NCBI GenBank assembly: GCA_001302725.1
Contig: LIZU01000002.1
Span: 1-25,637 of the forward strand
Direction: 5' to 3'
From: a candidate division Zixibacteria bacterium DG_27
Lineage (GTDB): Bacteria; Zixibacteria; MSB-5A5; DG-27
Length of the DNA: 25,637 bases
Part shown: positions 1 through 8,662 of the stretch, one piece after another
Numbering within the stretch: position 1 is the stretch's first letter
How the letters are laid out: every line of letters begins with the position of its first letter
Position numbers and translations under genes: made by a program
Notes under the pieces: generated by a model
The model's input: only the letters and a program-made list of their open reading frames with translations
Told to the model about the DNA's origin: nothing
The model's database searches: none

Positions 1-96
1 GGCCGGGATGCTTCGGACGTCTCTTCCAGTTTTTACTTCTACATGCTGACGGCTGGTGATTTCATCGAGACGAAGAGAATGATCCTAGTGAAGTAG
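1..96 (+). CDS. 3' end of a secreted protein with a T9SS type-A C-terminal sorting domain / FlgD-Ig-like tail (partial, runs in from the left edge)
   Basis: Frame 1 translates GRDASDVSSSFYFYMLTAGDFIETKRMILVK* (TAG 94-96). This resembles the typical CTD ending (DG..G..V.SGvYFY.L.ag.f..tkkm.l.K*). Too short for the ORF track. Confidence 0.8.
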   Translation, partial: GRDASDVSSSFYFYMLTAGDFIETKRMILVK

Positions 97-161
97 CGGA
101 AAGCTTTAGCTTTCCATCCGCTGGCCACCACCCTCCGTGGAAACCTGAAGGTTTCCGCTAC
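93..161. repeat. Inverted pair of GTAG-led REP-like hairpins (REPIN/BIME-like), family 1
   Basis: 93-116 GTAGC-GGAAAGC-TTTA-GCTTTCC-A on +. 137-161 reads GTAGC-GGAAACC-TTCA-GGTTTCC-AC on the minus strand. The two units are 20 bp apart. Confidence 0.85.
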
Positions 162-193
162 AGTAAGAATACTAGTTGCGACCATACCAGTGA

Positions 194-222
194 GGCGGGG
201 AACACTTCCCCGCCCTTTCTTT
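194..222 (+). terminator. Probable intrinsic terminator after the CTD cargo gene
   Basis: Perfect 9-bp stem GGCGGGGAA-CAC-TTCCCCGCC (194-214) followed by CTTTCTTT. Confidence 0.65.
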
Positions 223-250
223 ATGCAGTGACAGCAGACAAACACAAGGA

Positions 251-280
251 TTGACTCTGGCACTCCTTATTCTGTATTCT
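251..280 (+). promoter_or_regulatory. Putative sigma70 promoter for thiI
   Basis: TTGACT (251-256), 18-bp spacer, TATTCT (275-280). Confidence 0.5.
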
Positions 281-345
281 TAGGTTGATGATCTGAGAGG
301 TGAAAAAGCGAGAGGTCTCTTCTAACTGAGCGTCCATCAACCACA

Positions 346-1488
346 ATGATTGTAATTCACTACTCTGAAATTGGCCTTAAGGGAAAGAACCGCAGTTTCT
401 TCGAGAGGAAACTGGTGGACAACATAGGGGTCGCTCTCAAGGGGCTGCAATACGAGTCCATCGAGCGGGGGCATAAGAAGGTCGTAATCTCTGCAGAGGC
501 GGACAAGGACAAACAGGAGTTCAGGAAGAGATTGAAGCTGATCCCGGGAATCTCATACTTGTTCTTCGCCGTCACCTCGGAGTTGGACATAGAGGAGATG
601 AAAAAGCACCTCTTAAAACTCTCGGAATCATATCAGCCGTGCAGATTCGCAGTCGACACTAAGCGTTCCAACAAGCGCTTCCCCTTCACCTCAGTTGAAG
701 TCAACAGAATCCTGGGGGAGGTGTTAAACCAGAGAGGCTGGCCGGTGGATCTGACGAATCCGGAGATCACCTTCAGCGTTGAACTCGCTGAGAAAGAGGC
801 CTACCTCTACGCGGAAAGGATTCAGGGACCGGGAGGTCTGCCCGTCGGCTCCGCTGGTCGGCTGGTGGCTCTGCTCTCCGGCGGCATCGACAGCCCGGTG
901 GCGGCATACAGAATGCTCAGGCGGGGCAGTTCGATAATCTACCTCCACTTCTATAACTTCACGCAGGTGACAAACATAACCAAGGACAAGGTCAGAAGGA
1001 TTGTCCAAATTCTGCAGAGGTATCAACCGCAGGCGAAGCTCTACATGGTTCCCTTCGAGGAGATTCAGAGGGCGATCATTGCCGTTGTTCCGAGCAAATA
1101 CCGGATGATCGTCTATCGCCGGGTGATGTTCGAGATCGCCAATCTGGTTGCTGGTCAAGTTGGGGCCTCCGGCTTGGTGACGGGGGACTCCTTAGGTCAG
1201 GTCGCCTCTCAGACTCTGGAGAATCTGAACGTTATCTACAAGAGGGCGAAGCATCCGGTTTTTGCCCCCCTCATCGGTTACGACAAACAAGAGATAGTCG
1301 ATATGGCAAAACAGATCGGAACTTACGAAACCTCAATTCTGCCGTACAGCGATTGCTGTTCCCTCTTCATCGACAGACACCCCGAGACCAAAGCCGATCT
1401 CGAAAGCATAGAACAGATCGAGAGTGGATTGAAGATAGAGGAGCAAGTCAAAGGGGCCTTAGAATCCGCGGAAATAATATCGGTTTGA
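346..1488 (+). CDS. thiI: tRNA 4-thiouridine(8) synthase ThiI, short form without the C-terminal rhodanese domain
   Basis: N-terminal IHYSEIGLKGKNR, THUMP region, GPGGLPVGS..LLSGGIDSPVA PP-loop, GDSLGQVASQT, PLIGYDKQEI and YSDCC motifs; 380 aa. Confidence 0.96.
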   Translation: MIVIHYSEIGLKGKNRSFFERKLVDNIGVALKGLQYESIERGHKKVVISAEADKDKQEFRKRLKLIPGISYLFFAVTSELDIEEMKKHLLKLSESYQPCRFAVDTKRSNKRFPFTSVEVNRILGEVLNQRGWPVDLTNPEITFSVELAEKEAYLYAERIQGPGGLPVGSAGRLVALLSGGIDSPVAAYRMLRRGSSIIYLHFYNFTQVTNITKDKVRRIVQILQRYQPQAKLYMVPFEEIQRAIIAVVPSKYRMIVYRRVMFEIANLVAGQVGASGLVTGDSLGQVASQTLENLNVIYKRAKHPVFAPLIGYDKQEIVDMAKQIGTYETSILPYSDCCSLFIDRHPETKADLESIEQIESGLKIEEQVKGALESAEIISV

Positions 1489-1577
1489 GCGGTATTGAGC
1501 TGTTTTGGCCGGGAATTGGTGATTGGTGATTCGGACTTGGAGGTGACTGCTCGATTACTACAAAACCCGTCTCTCAG

Positions 1578-1613
1578 CAGGAACGGTTGATTCTCAACCG
1601 CTTACGGCTCCTG
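1578..1613 (+). terminator. Hairpin downstream of thiI (possible terminator or stability element)
   Basis: CGGTTGA-TTC-TCAACCG 7-bp stem (1584-1600), extendable by CAGGA/TCCTG. No U-tract directly after it. Confidence 0.3.
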
Positions 1614-1630
1614 AAGTTCAATAAAAAACC

Positions 1631-1658
1631 TTGCTTTTTGAGGGGAAAGACTTATTTT
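1631..1658 (+). promoter_or_regulatory. Putative sigma70 promoter directly upstream of murB
   Basis: TTGCTT (1631-1636), 16-bp spacer, TATTTT (1653-1658). The ATG is only 10 nt further on. Confidence 0.35.
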
Positions 1659-1668
1659 TTCTTGGAAA

Positions 1669-2601
1669 ATGAAGTCCCGGGAGAGCATAACAGAGAGTCT
1701 GCTTGAAAACCTTGGGGTGGGCGTGAAATTTGATCTCCCCCTCGCACCCCACACCAGCTTCAGGATCGGCGGGCCGGCGGACTTCTTCTTCGAGGCTCTA
1801 AGCCCCTGGGAATTGATCAAGGCCGTCTCGGTCAGTCGCTCTCTGGGGATAGAATACTTCATCCTGGGAGGTGGCTCAAACCTGCTGGTCTCAGACGCCG
1901 GCTTCCGGGGCCTGGTGATCAAGAATAGCTGCGCGGCGCTACTGACCGACGGAGAGAACCCCGGAGTTCAGTCCGGCTTCTGGTTGAATGAGCTGGTGGG
2001 CAAAACCGCCGAGCTGGGACTTTCGGGACTGGAATTCCTGGCCGGGATTCCTGGTACTGTCGGAGGCGCGATTTTCGGCAACGCCGGGGCCTTCGGAAAA
2101 TCTATCGGAGATCTCCTGGAAAGAGCCGTCGTTTTCAACCCCGATAAAGGACTAGAAACCGTGGATCGGGACTATTTCGAGTTCGATTATCGTTCCAGCA
2201 AGCTCAAGAGAAGCGCAGACATCCTCATTTCAGCCTCTTTTCAATTGGAGAGCAAAGCGGCCGAGGAGGTAAAAAGGAAAACTGAGGAAGTCCGGGCGCT
2301 TCGAAGGGAAAAGCATCCACAAAACCAGGGCTGTATCGGTTGCTTCTTCAAAAACATCAAAGATGAAGGCAGAACCATACACGCCGGGAAACTGCTGGAA
2401 CAGGTAGGCGCCAAAGAAATGGCGGTGGGAGAGGCCGCGGTCTTTGAACAGCACGCCAACATCATTGTGAACCGCGGCGGAGCAAGAGCCTCCGAGGTCA
2501 AAGAACTAGCGGAGATGCTGAAGAAGAGAGTGGAAGAGAGATTTGGATACCTCTTGGAGCCAGAAGTAGTATTCCTCGGAGAAGAACCAGAGGCCACTTA
2601 A
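1669..2601 (+). CDS. murB: UDP-N-acetylenolpyruvoylglucosamine reductase
   Basis: LAPHTSFRIGGPAD, ILGGGSNLLVSDAG, GLEFLAGIPGTVGGAIFGNAGAFG, FDYRSS, GCFFKN, HANIIVN and LEPEV motifs. Confidence 0.96.
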   Translation: MKSRESITESLLENLGVGVKFDLPLAPHTSFRIGGPADFFFEALSPWELIKAVSVSRSLGIEYFILGGGSNLLVSDAGFRGLVIKNSCAALLTDGENPGVQSGFWLNELVGKTAELGLSGLEFLAGIPGTVGGAIFGNAGAFGKSIGDLLERAVVFNPDKGLETVDRDYFEFDYRSSKLKRSADILISASFQLESKAAEEVKRKTEEVRALRREKHPQNQGCIGCFFKNIKDEGRTIHAGKLLEQVGAKEMAVGEAAVFEQHANIIVNRGGARASEVKELAEMLKKRVEERFGYLLEPEVVFLGEEPEAT

Positions 2602-2731
2602 CTGGTATAAGTAGTTGTCCATTATAGTCTATTGAGATGTTGTCGAACTAACCAAACGGGAGGAGGCATTATCGGAAATAGCTAAAGATCTATAGGATCT
2701 GATTCGGGATAAGGCTTTAGGCCTTTCGACA

Positions 2732-5700
2732 ATGACTCTTCTGAGGCAAAAAACCTCCTCCGTCAAGATTGTGCCGATCTTGTGGCTATTGGCGGTTTTT
2801 CTTATCCAGCTCAGTGGCAGCGCCGGCGCCCAAGAGGAGGTGCAGGAGCCGGAGACCTCCTTTCAGAACCTGAAGGCCTCGCTGAATCTCGAGAGTATCA
2901 AATACCTGCCTTTCACTGAGACCCAAAAGACCTATGGTCTCTCCATTATCCATCACCGCCTTCCCTACCTCAAGCTCAAACTTGACCTCAGAAGGGAGGT
3001 CAAGACAGATTACGAAACCGGCTGGGTGACCCTCAGTGAAAAGCTGGGTCCCTACAGCCTGTACAAAGACAGCTATCTGCCCCTGGACCGGCATGTCTCC
3101 CTTCAGGACAGCTACGAATCTGAGAAGGCCTGGCGGCAAGATTTGAAGTCCGGTTTGACCAAGGAGGAGGAAGAGAAGGCGGAGGGGCTTATCAGCTATG
3201 AGATCCCCATAAAATTCCCCAAGGCGGTGAGGAGCATCATCGGAGAGGGAGGGCCGGGGCTGCGAGTAAACGGTTACCGCAGAATCTCGTTTTCCGGCAG
3301 GTCGGAGTGGGACAGCGGGGTAAAGTCCACCGCCATGGTGCGTCAGAGCAAGTTCCCCCAGCTGCACATGGAGCAGACCTCTAAGTTCACCATCACCGGG
3401 ACGGTGGGGAGCAAGGTCACCGTCAAAGTCGATCAGGACAGCCAGAGAGACACCGAGCTGGCAAACCGCATCGAGATCCGCTACAAGGGCGAAGAGGACG
3501 AAATCGTCCAGAGCGTGGAGATGGGGAATACCAATCTCTCCCTGCCCAACACCCAGTTTGTCGGTTATTCCGAGAACGTTCAAGGGCTCTTCGGAATCAA
3601 GGCCACCGCCAAGGTGGGCGATTTGGACATCACCGCCATCACCAGCCAGGAGAAAGGCTCCACGGAGAAGACCACCTTCACCGCCGGCGCCCAAACCGAG
3701 ACCCGGCCGGTGCGGGATTATGAGTATCTAAAGAGGACTTACTTCTACATCGGCCCCACCAGTCCGGTCAGACCCACCAGCGATCCGGTGCTTTTCACCG
3801 GCAACGACTCCCTAATACAGCTGGAGCTCTACCTCAAGGACTACCAGGTCAAGCAGAACGACCTCCACGGGATAGCCAGCGTCAATCCCGACTCCACCCC
3901 CAATATCTCCGAGGCCGAGAGATCTCGGGTGGAATTCGAGTATAACCGTTTCCGCCGGCTGGAATCCCTCGACTACGAGGTCGCCATCGACAGCACCAAC
4001 CAACAGCTTTACGTGATCCTGAACCGCTCCCTATCCTCGGGAGACATACTGGGGGCCTACATTAAAAAGGCGCGGAAAGTTGGAACTGCAATCGATACCA
4101 TCATCGCTGGCAATCTCGACTACAAGCCGGATACCACCCTGCTTCAGGATACCACTTTGGTATTGAGGTTGATCAAGCCCGAAAACCCCGACCCTGATTT
4201 TCAAACCTGGAACTACGAGTGGAGGAACGTCTACTCCTTGGGAGGCACCAGAATCAGCCGGGAGGGCTTCGACTTAAAGATATACAAGGGCACCGCCGGA
4301 CAGGAGAATGTTGAAAGCGACCCCGAGGAGCAAAGTGGCGTCCCCTACATCCAGATATTGGGACTGGATCTGAAAGACCAGGCCGGCAATCCCAACCCCG
4401 ACGGAATCGTGGACTACCAGTGGGTAGATTTCTACCACGGCGTGGTGGTCTTTCCCCACTATACCCCCTTTAACACCGACCATAGCTTCACCGGCCGGCC
4501 GGAGGACATCCTGGAGGTTAAGGTCCCCGCAATCTACGAGAGCCGAGAGGGCTCCGGGCAGGCACAGCAAAACAGCACCTATTATCTCAACATCAAGACC
4601 AGCTCTCGGGAGACCCGATACTCTCTGGGCCATACCAACATCATCGAGGGCTCCGAGGTGGTGAAGCTCAACGGCCGTAGATTGGTTCGCGGTAAGGATT
4701 ACAATATCTCTTACGATTTCGGGCAGATCACCTTCCTCACCGAGGAGGCCACCGATCCCAACGCCAACATCTCCGTCGATTATGAATATTCCCCATTTTT
4801 CATGCCGGAGAAAAAAAGCCTCTTCGGGATCCGAACGGTGTACAACTTCAAGGAGAACAGTTGGATCGGGGCGACCGCGCTTTATAAGAAGGAAACCGCT
4901 GGAGAGCATCGCCCTCGGGTGGGCCGAGAGCCCAGCCGCAACCTCGTCTGGGACACCGACCTCTCCTTAAAACTCGAGCCGAGCTTTTTGACCAGGATGG
5001 TGGATGCTCTACCTCTGGTGGAGACTGAGGTTCCCTCCAGCGTGGACATCTCCGCAGAGTTCGCTCAAAGCCGTCCCAAGCCCAACCTTCGAAATGAAGC
5101 CTACATCGACGACTTCGAGGGGAGCCGGGATTGGAATGACCTCTCCATCCGGCGGGGAGCCTGGACTATCTCCTCCCCTCCACCGGATAAGGACGAAAGC
5201 TTAAGAGCCCCGCTGTGGTGGTATAATCCTTACGACCAGATACGGATCACCGACGTCTGGCCTGAGAAGGAGGTGCGGGAGGCCGACAACCGCACCAACA
5301 TCCTGATCTTGAAATATTTCCCCCAAGATTCGACCTCCTGGGCGGGGCTTATGCGTTCCCTCTTCGTGGGAGCTCAAGACCAGACCTTAAGTCGCTTCTT
5401 GGAGATCTGGCTGAAGCCGCATAGTCCCTCCCAGAGGTTGGTTCTCAACGTGGATTTGGGCAGAATCAGTGAGGACCTCAATGCCAACGGCATCTTGGAC
5501 ACTGAGGATCAACTCCGAAACGGTCAGCGCGACGGGATTCTCGACGACGACGAGGATACCGGCTTAGACGGGCTCTTCAGCCCCAGCGAGCCGGGCTATA
5601 ACCCTAACACCAATCCCGACCCCCGCGGCGACGACTGGAACTACGACGACAAAGGAGACTACTCCCGCATCAACGGCACCGAGAACAACCGCGAGGACCC

Positions 5701-8662
5701 CGACCGCGGTCGGCGTCCCGACACCGAAGACATCAACAACAACGGGGGCTTAGACACCGAAGACAGCTACTTCCGCTTCTCCATAGATCTCTCCGAGCCG
5801 GAGTTCCTGGCAGACGAGACCTCCACCGGCTGGCGGCTTTACCGCGTCCCCATCCAGGATTCTCTCCTCTACGACAAGGTCGGGAACCCCGACTGGGCTT
5901 ATATCGAGTTTGCCAGGTTGTGGCTTTCCGCTGCTGAAGACTCAACCGGGCTGTCGGTGGCGACCATCGAACTGGTGGGGAACAAGTGGCAGGACATCGG
6001 GATCTCCCCTGCAGATTCACTCTCGCCACCATTAGGGATGCGTTTCGGGGTCACCTCCAAAAACACTCACGAGAACACCGATTACATCCCTCCGCCGGGG
6101 ATAGAGGGCGAGCTCGACCGCTCCACCAGGGTCAGGGAGAAGGAGGAGGCTTTGGTTCTGCAGTTCGAGAACCTCTACCCCGGGCACACCGCCAAGGCCT
6201 ATCGCTTCATGTATTCCGCTGAGGATTACACCAACTACGGAAGGATGACCATGTTCGTGGCCGGTTTGGGTGATTTCGCCCCCGAGGAGGTGAGCTTCTT
6301 CTTCCGCATGGGTCAGGACACCTTAAACTACTATGAATCTCGCACCCCGCTCCATGTCTCTTCGGACGCCTCGCGGCCCTGGGACGAGCGCAACTTCATG
6401 GAGATCGATTTTGCCGAGATCACCGCCCTCAAAAACTACATGTTGATGAACCTCCCCGACACCATTCCCCTCTCTCAAGCTGACACTCTCGACCTGGAGA
6501 CCGGCTACAGAGTACACGGGGATCCCTCCCTATCGAAGATACAATGGTTCATCGTCGGGGTGACGGTAGCGGACAGCACCACAAGAGCCTTGACCGGAGA
6601 GGTGTGGTTGAACGAACTGCGAGTGACCGATGTCAGAGACAACCCCGACTGGGCCGGAAGAATGTCGGTCTCCGCAAACCTCGCGGACCTGGGAACCATC
6701 TCCGCAAGCTACCAGCGGATGGGAGCCGACTTCCACGGGCTTCTGAGCAAGAGGGGGAGCGGCTCGGTTGCCACCTCCAAGCAACTGCGGGCCAGCCTCA
6801 ATCTTCACAAGTTCCTGCCCCCAAGTTGGGGAGTGAGCCTGCCCGTGTCGGGCTCGTGGTCGAACACCCTGCAGTTGCCCCGGCTCAAGCCCGGGTCGGA
6901 CATCGTCCTGCCGGAACAGCTGCGCCACTCGGAGAGGACCGAGAACACCAGTTACACCTTCAACATCTCCGAAAGCATGAGCAGAAAGGGCGCCCACTGG
7001 TTGACCGACCTGACTCTGAACCGCATCAGCACCAGCTACTCCTGGTCGCAATCGAAGAGCCGCAACCCGACCATACCCGCCTCCAAGCTATTCAGGTATA
7101 CCTTCACCGGCAACTACGATCTCTCCCCTCGCAAGGAGAAGGCGCTGCCAATCTTCGGGTGGACCAAATCGATCTTCATGTTGAAGAAATTGTCAGATCA
7201 AAGACTCTCGTATTTCCCCTCCAGCTTGAAATTCGGTGGGACCGTCAACTCCACCAAGAACCGTTCTTTAAGCAGAGCCGGCACCGAGACGTACAGTTAC
7301 AATCGGGATCTTACCCTAAACTTAAGCGGCACTTACTCCCCGGTAAAGTGCATCCGCACCACTTACAGCGCCAAAAGCCAGAGAGACATCCGTCCCGGCC
7401 CCGACTTCCAGCTCTCTTGGGACCCCAAAAAGCTGAAATTGGGGCGGGAGTTCGACTTCACCCAGTCGGCGGATCTGTCCTATCAGCCGAAACTGACCAC
7501 CCTCTTCGACACCCGCTTCAGCTATTCGGCCAGCTACCACGAGAATTCCGATCTGAGGCAATATCCCGACAGCACCCGCTCCATCGACAACAGCACCACC
7601 AGAAGTGTAGATGTCTCCTTCAACTGGCAGAATATTCTCAGGGGAGCTCGCCCCACCAGCAGAGACCGAAAGGCTGAAGAGGAAGAGCCTCAGAAAAAAC
7701 ACCTCATTGGGAGCCCAGCATGGATCTGGGAGAGGTTGAAATATATCGCCAAAAACGTCGACCCCATAAGGGGTACTTTCAGCCGCCAGAAAAGCTTCGC
7801 CTATTCGGGGCTGACGGAGCGACCCGGCTTGGCGTATCAGTTGGGCTTCAAGGAGGACCCGGAAGTTCCCCGGAAACTGGTGGAACAAAGGGGGCAGAGG
7901 GATTCTCGCTCCTTCACCGACAGCTACAGTCTCCGCTCTGGCTTTTCGCCCTTCAGCTCCATGGACGTGGATCTCAGCTACTCCCGCCGCGAAAACACCA
8001 GCAGGTCGACCACGGAGCCGACCCGGACCGTCAGCACCACCTTCCCGGATCTAAACATAAGTCTGACCGGGGTGGAGAAAATCGGCCTTCTCCAGAAAAT
8101 CGCCTCCAGCTCCTCTCTCTCCAGCGGATATTCGAAGAAGGTGGACGAGACCTCCAATCCCGACACCGAGCAACTGAACAAAAAGGACATCTCCACCCGT
8201 TACTCTCCCTTGTTCTCGTGGTCCTTGAACTGGAAAAACGGAGTTAGGACCTCCCTCAGGATGGAGAAGAGCAACAGCAAGAGCGAGGATTTGCGTCCCG
8301 GTTCTTCCGGGGTGACGACCTTAAACTCCAACAATTCGGTCAACTTCGGTCTCTCATACAGCTTCAAATCTCCCAAGGGGATAAAACTGCCTCTGTTCGG
8401 CAGAATCAGATTTCAGAGCACTCTGACCTTGAACTTAGATGCTTCCCGTTCTCACAGCGTTTCCAAGACCGCTCGCCCGGGCCAGCCCTTCAACACCGAA
8501 AGCGATAGGATCGAGTTCTCCTTGCGGCCACAGGCGAGTTACAGTTTCTCCAACTCCGTCACCGGAGGGATGAGCATGCGCTGGACCGACACCAACGACA
8601 AGAAAAAGGGCACCAAACACCACGTCCGGGAGCTGGGAATCTGGATGGAGCTGAGATTCTGA
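2732..8662 (+). CDS. sprA: SprA/Sov-like large outer-membrane beta-barrel (T9SS translocon homolog)
   Basis: 1976 aa with a signal peptide ending AGA|Q. SprA-like segments: GTVGSKVTVKVDQDS, YKGEEDEIVQSVEMGNTNLSLP, GLFGIKA, EAYIDDFEG, DLGRISED, acidic TEDINNNG repeats, GEVWLNELRVT. Ser/Thr/aromatic beta-strand-rich C-half ending in Phe (WMELRF). Confidence 0.88.
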   Translation: MTLLRQKTSSVKIVPILWLLAVFLIQLSGSAGAQEEVQEPETSFQNLKASLNLESIKYLPFTETQKTYGLSIIHHRLPYLKLKLDLRREVKTDYETGWVTLSEKLGPYSLYKDSYLPLDRHVSLQDSYESEKAWRQDLKSGLTKEEEEKAEGLISYEIPIKFPKAVRSIIGEGGPGLRVNGYRRISFSGRSEWDSGVKSTAMVRQSKFPQLHMEQTSKFTITGTVGSKVTVKVDQDSQRDTELANRIEIRYKGEEDEIVQSVEMGNTNLSLPNTQFVGYSENVQGLFGIKATAKVGDLDITAITSQEKGSTEKTTFTAGAQTETRPVRDYEYLKRTYFYIGPTSPVRPTSDPVLFTGNDSLIQLELYLKDYQVKQNDLHGIASVNPDSTPNISEAERSRVEFEYNRFRRLESLDYEVAIDSTNQQLYVILNRSLSSGDILGAYIKKARKVGTAIDTIIAGNLDYKPDTTLLQDTTLVLRLIKPENPDPDFQTWNYEWRNVYSLGGTRISREGFDLKIYKGTAGQENVESDPEEQSGVPYIQILGLDLKDQAGNPNPDGIVDYQWVDFYHGVVVFPHYTPFNTDHSFTGRPEDILEVKVPAIYESREGSGQAQQNSTYYLNIKTSSRETRYSLGHTNIIEGSEVVKLNGRRLVRGKDYNISYDFGQITFLTEEATDPNANISVDYEYSPFFMPEKKSLFGIRTVYNFKENSWIGATALYKKETAGEHRPRVGREPSRNLVWDTDLSLKLEPSFLTRMVDALPLVETEVPSSVDISAEFAQSRPKPNLRNEAYIDDFEGSRDWNDLSIRRGAWTISSPPPDKDESLRAPLWWYNPYDQIRITDVWPEKEVREADNRTNILILKYFPQDSTSWAGLMRSLFVGAQDQTLSRFLEIWLKPHSPSQRLVLNVDLGRISEDLNANGILDTEDQLRNGQRDGILDDDEDTGLDGLFSPSEPGYNPNTNPDPRGDDWNYDDKGDYSRINGTENNREDPDRGRRPDTEDINNNGGLDTEDSYFRFSIDLSEPEFLADETSTGWRLYRVPIQDSLLYDKVGNPDWAYIEFARLWLSAAEDSTGLSVATIELVGNKWQDIGISPADSLSPPLGMRFGVTSKNTHENTDYIPPPGIEGELDRSTRVREKEEALVLQFENLYPGHTAKAYRFMYSAEDYTNYGRMTMFVAGLGDFAPEEVSFFFRMGQDTLNYYESRTPLHVSSDASRPWDERNFMEIDFAEITALKNYMLMNLPDTIPLSQADTLDLETGYRVHGDPSLSKIQWFIVGVTVADSTTRALTGEVWLNELRVTDVRDNPDWAGRMSVSANLADLGTISASYQRMGADFHGLLSKRGSGSVATSKQLRASLNLHKFLPPSWGVSLPVSGSWSNTLQLPRLKPGSDIVLPEQLRHSERTENTSYTFNISESMSRKGAHWLTDLTLNRISTSYSWSQSKSRNPTIPASKLFRYTFTGNYDLSPRKEKALPIFGWTKSIFMLKKLSDQRLSYFPSSLKFGGTVNSTKNRSLSRAGTETYSYNRDLTLNLSGTYSPVKCIRTTYSAKSQRDIRPGPDFQLSWDPKKLKLGREFDFTQSADLSYQPKLTTLFDTRFSYSASYHENSDLRQYPDSTRSIDNSTTRSVDVSFNWQNILRGARPTSRDRKAEEEEPQKKHLIGSPAWIWERLKYIAKNVDPIRGTFSRQKSFAYSGLTERPGLAYQLGFKEDPEVPRKLVEQRGQRDSRSFTDSYSLRSGFSPFSSMDVDLSYSRRENTSRSTTEPTRTVSTTFPDLNISLTGVEKIGLLQKIASSSSLSSGYSKKVDETSNPDTEQLNKKDISTRYSPLFSWSLNWKNGVRTSLRMEKSNSKSEDLRPGSSGVTTLNSNNSVNFGLSYSFKSPKGIKLPLFGRIRFQSTLTLNLDASRSHSVSKTARPGQPFNTESDRIEFSLRPQASYSFSNSVTGGMSMRWTDTNDKKKGTKHHVRELGIWMELRF

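Noticed and set aside
283-342. TPP riboswitch (CTGAGA) or box C/D-like motif before thiI
   Set aside because: Only isolated short words match; the remaining TPP consensus is absent, and bacteria lack a box C/D system.
1486-1671. thiI and murB are in the same frame, separated only by four TGA codons (possible TGA recoding or fusion)
   Set aside because: TGA is used as a true stop elsewhere (sprA, batC, batD, cysK), both proteins are complete on their own, the linker is not protein-like, and about 60 codons without TAA/TAG is not improbable.
2786-8623. Long alternative-frame and antisense ORFs inside sprA (e.g. 2786-3694 minus, 4274-4909 minus, 6544-7677 plus)
   Set aside because: Fully nested in a well-supported gene, no recognisable motifs, and expected from strong C/G third-position bias that depletes off-frame stops.
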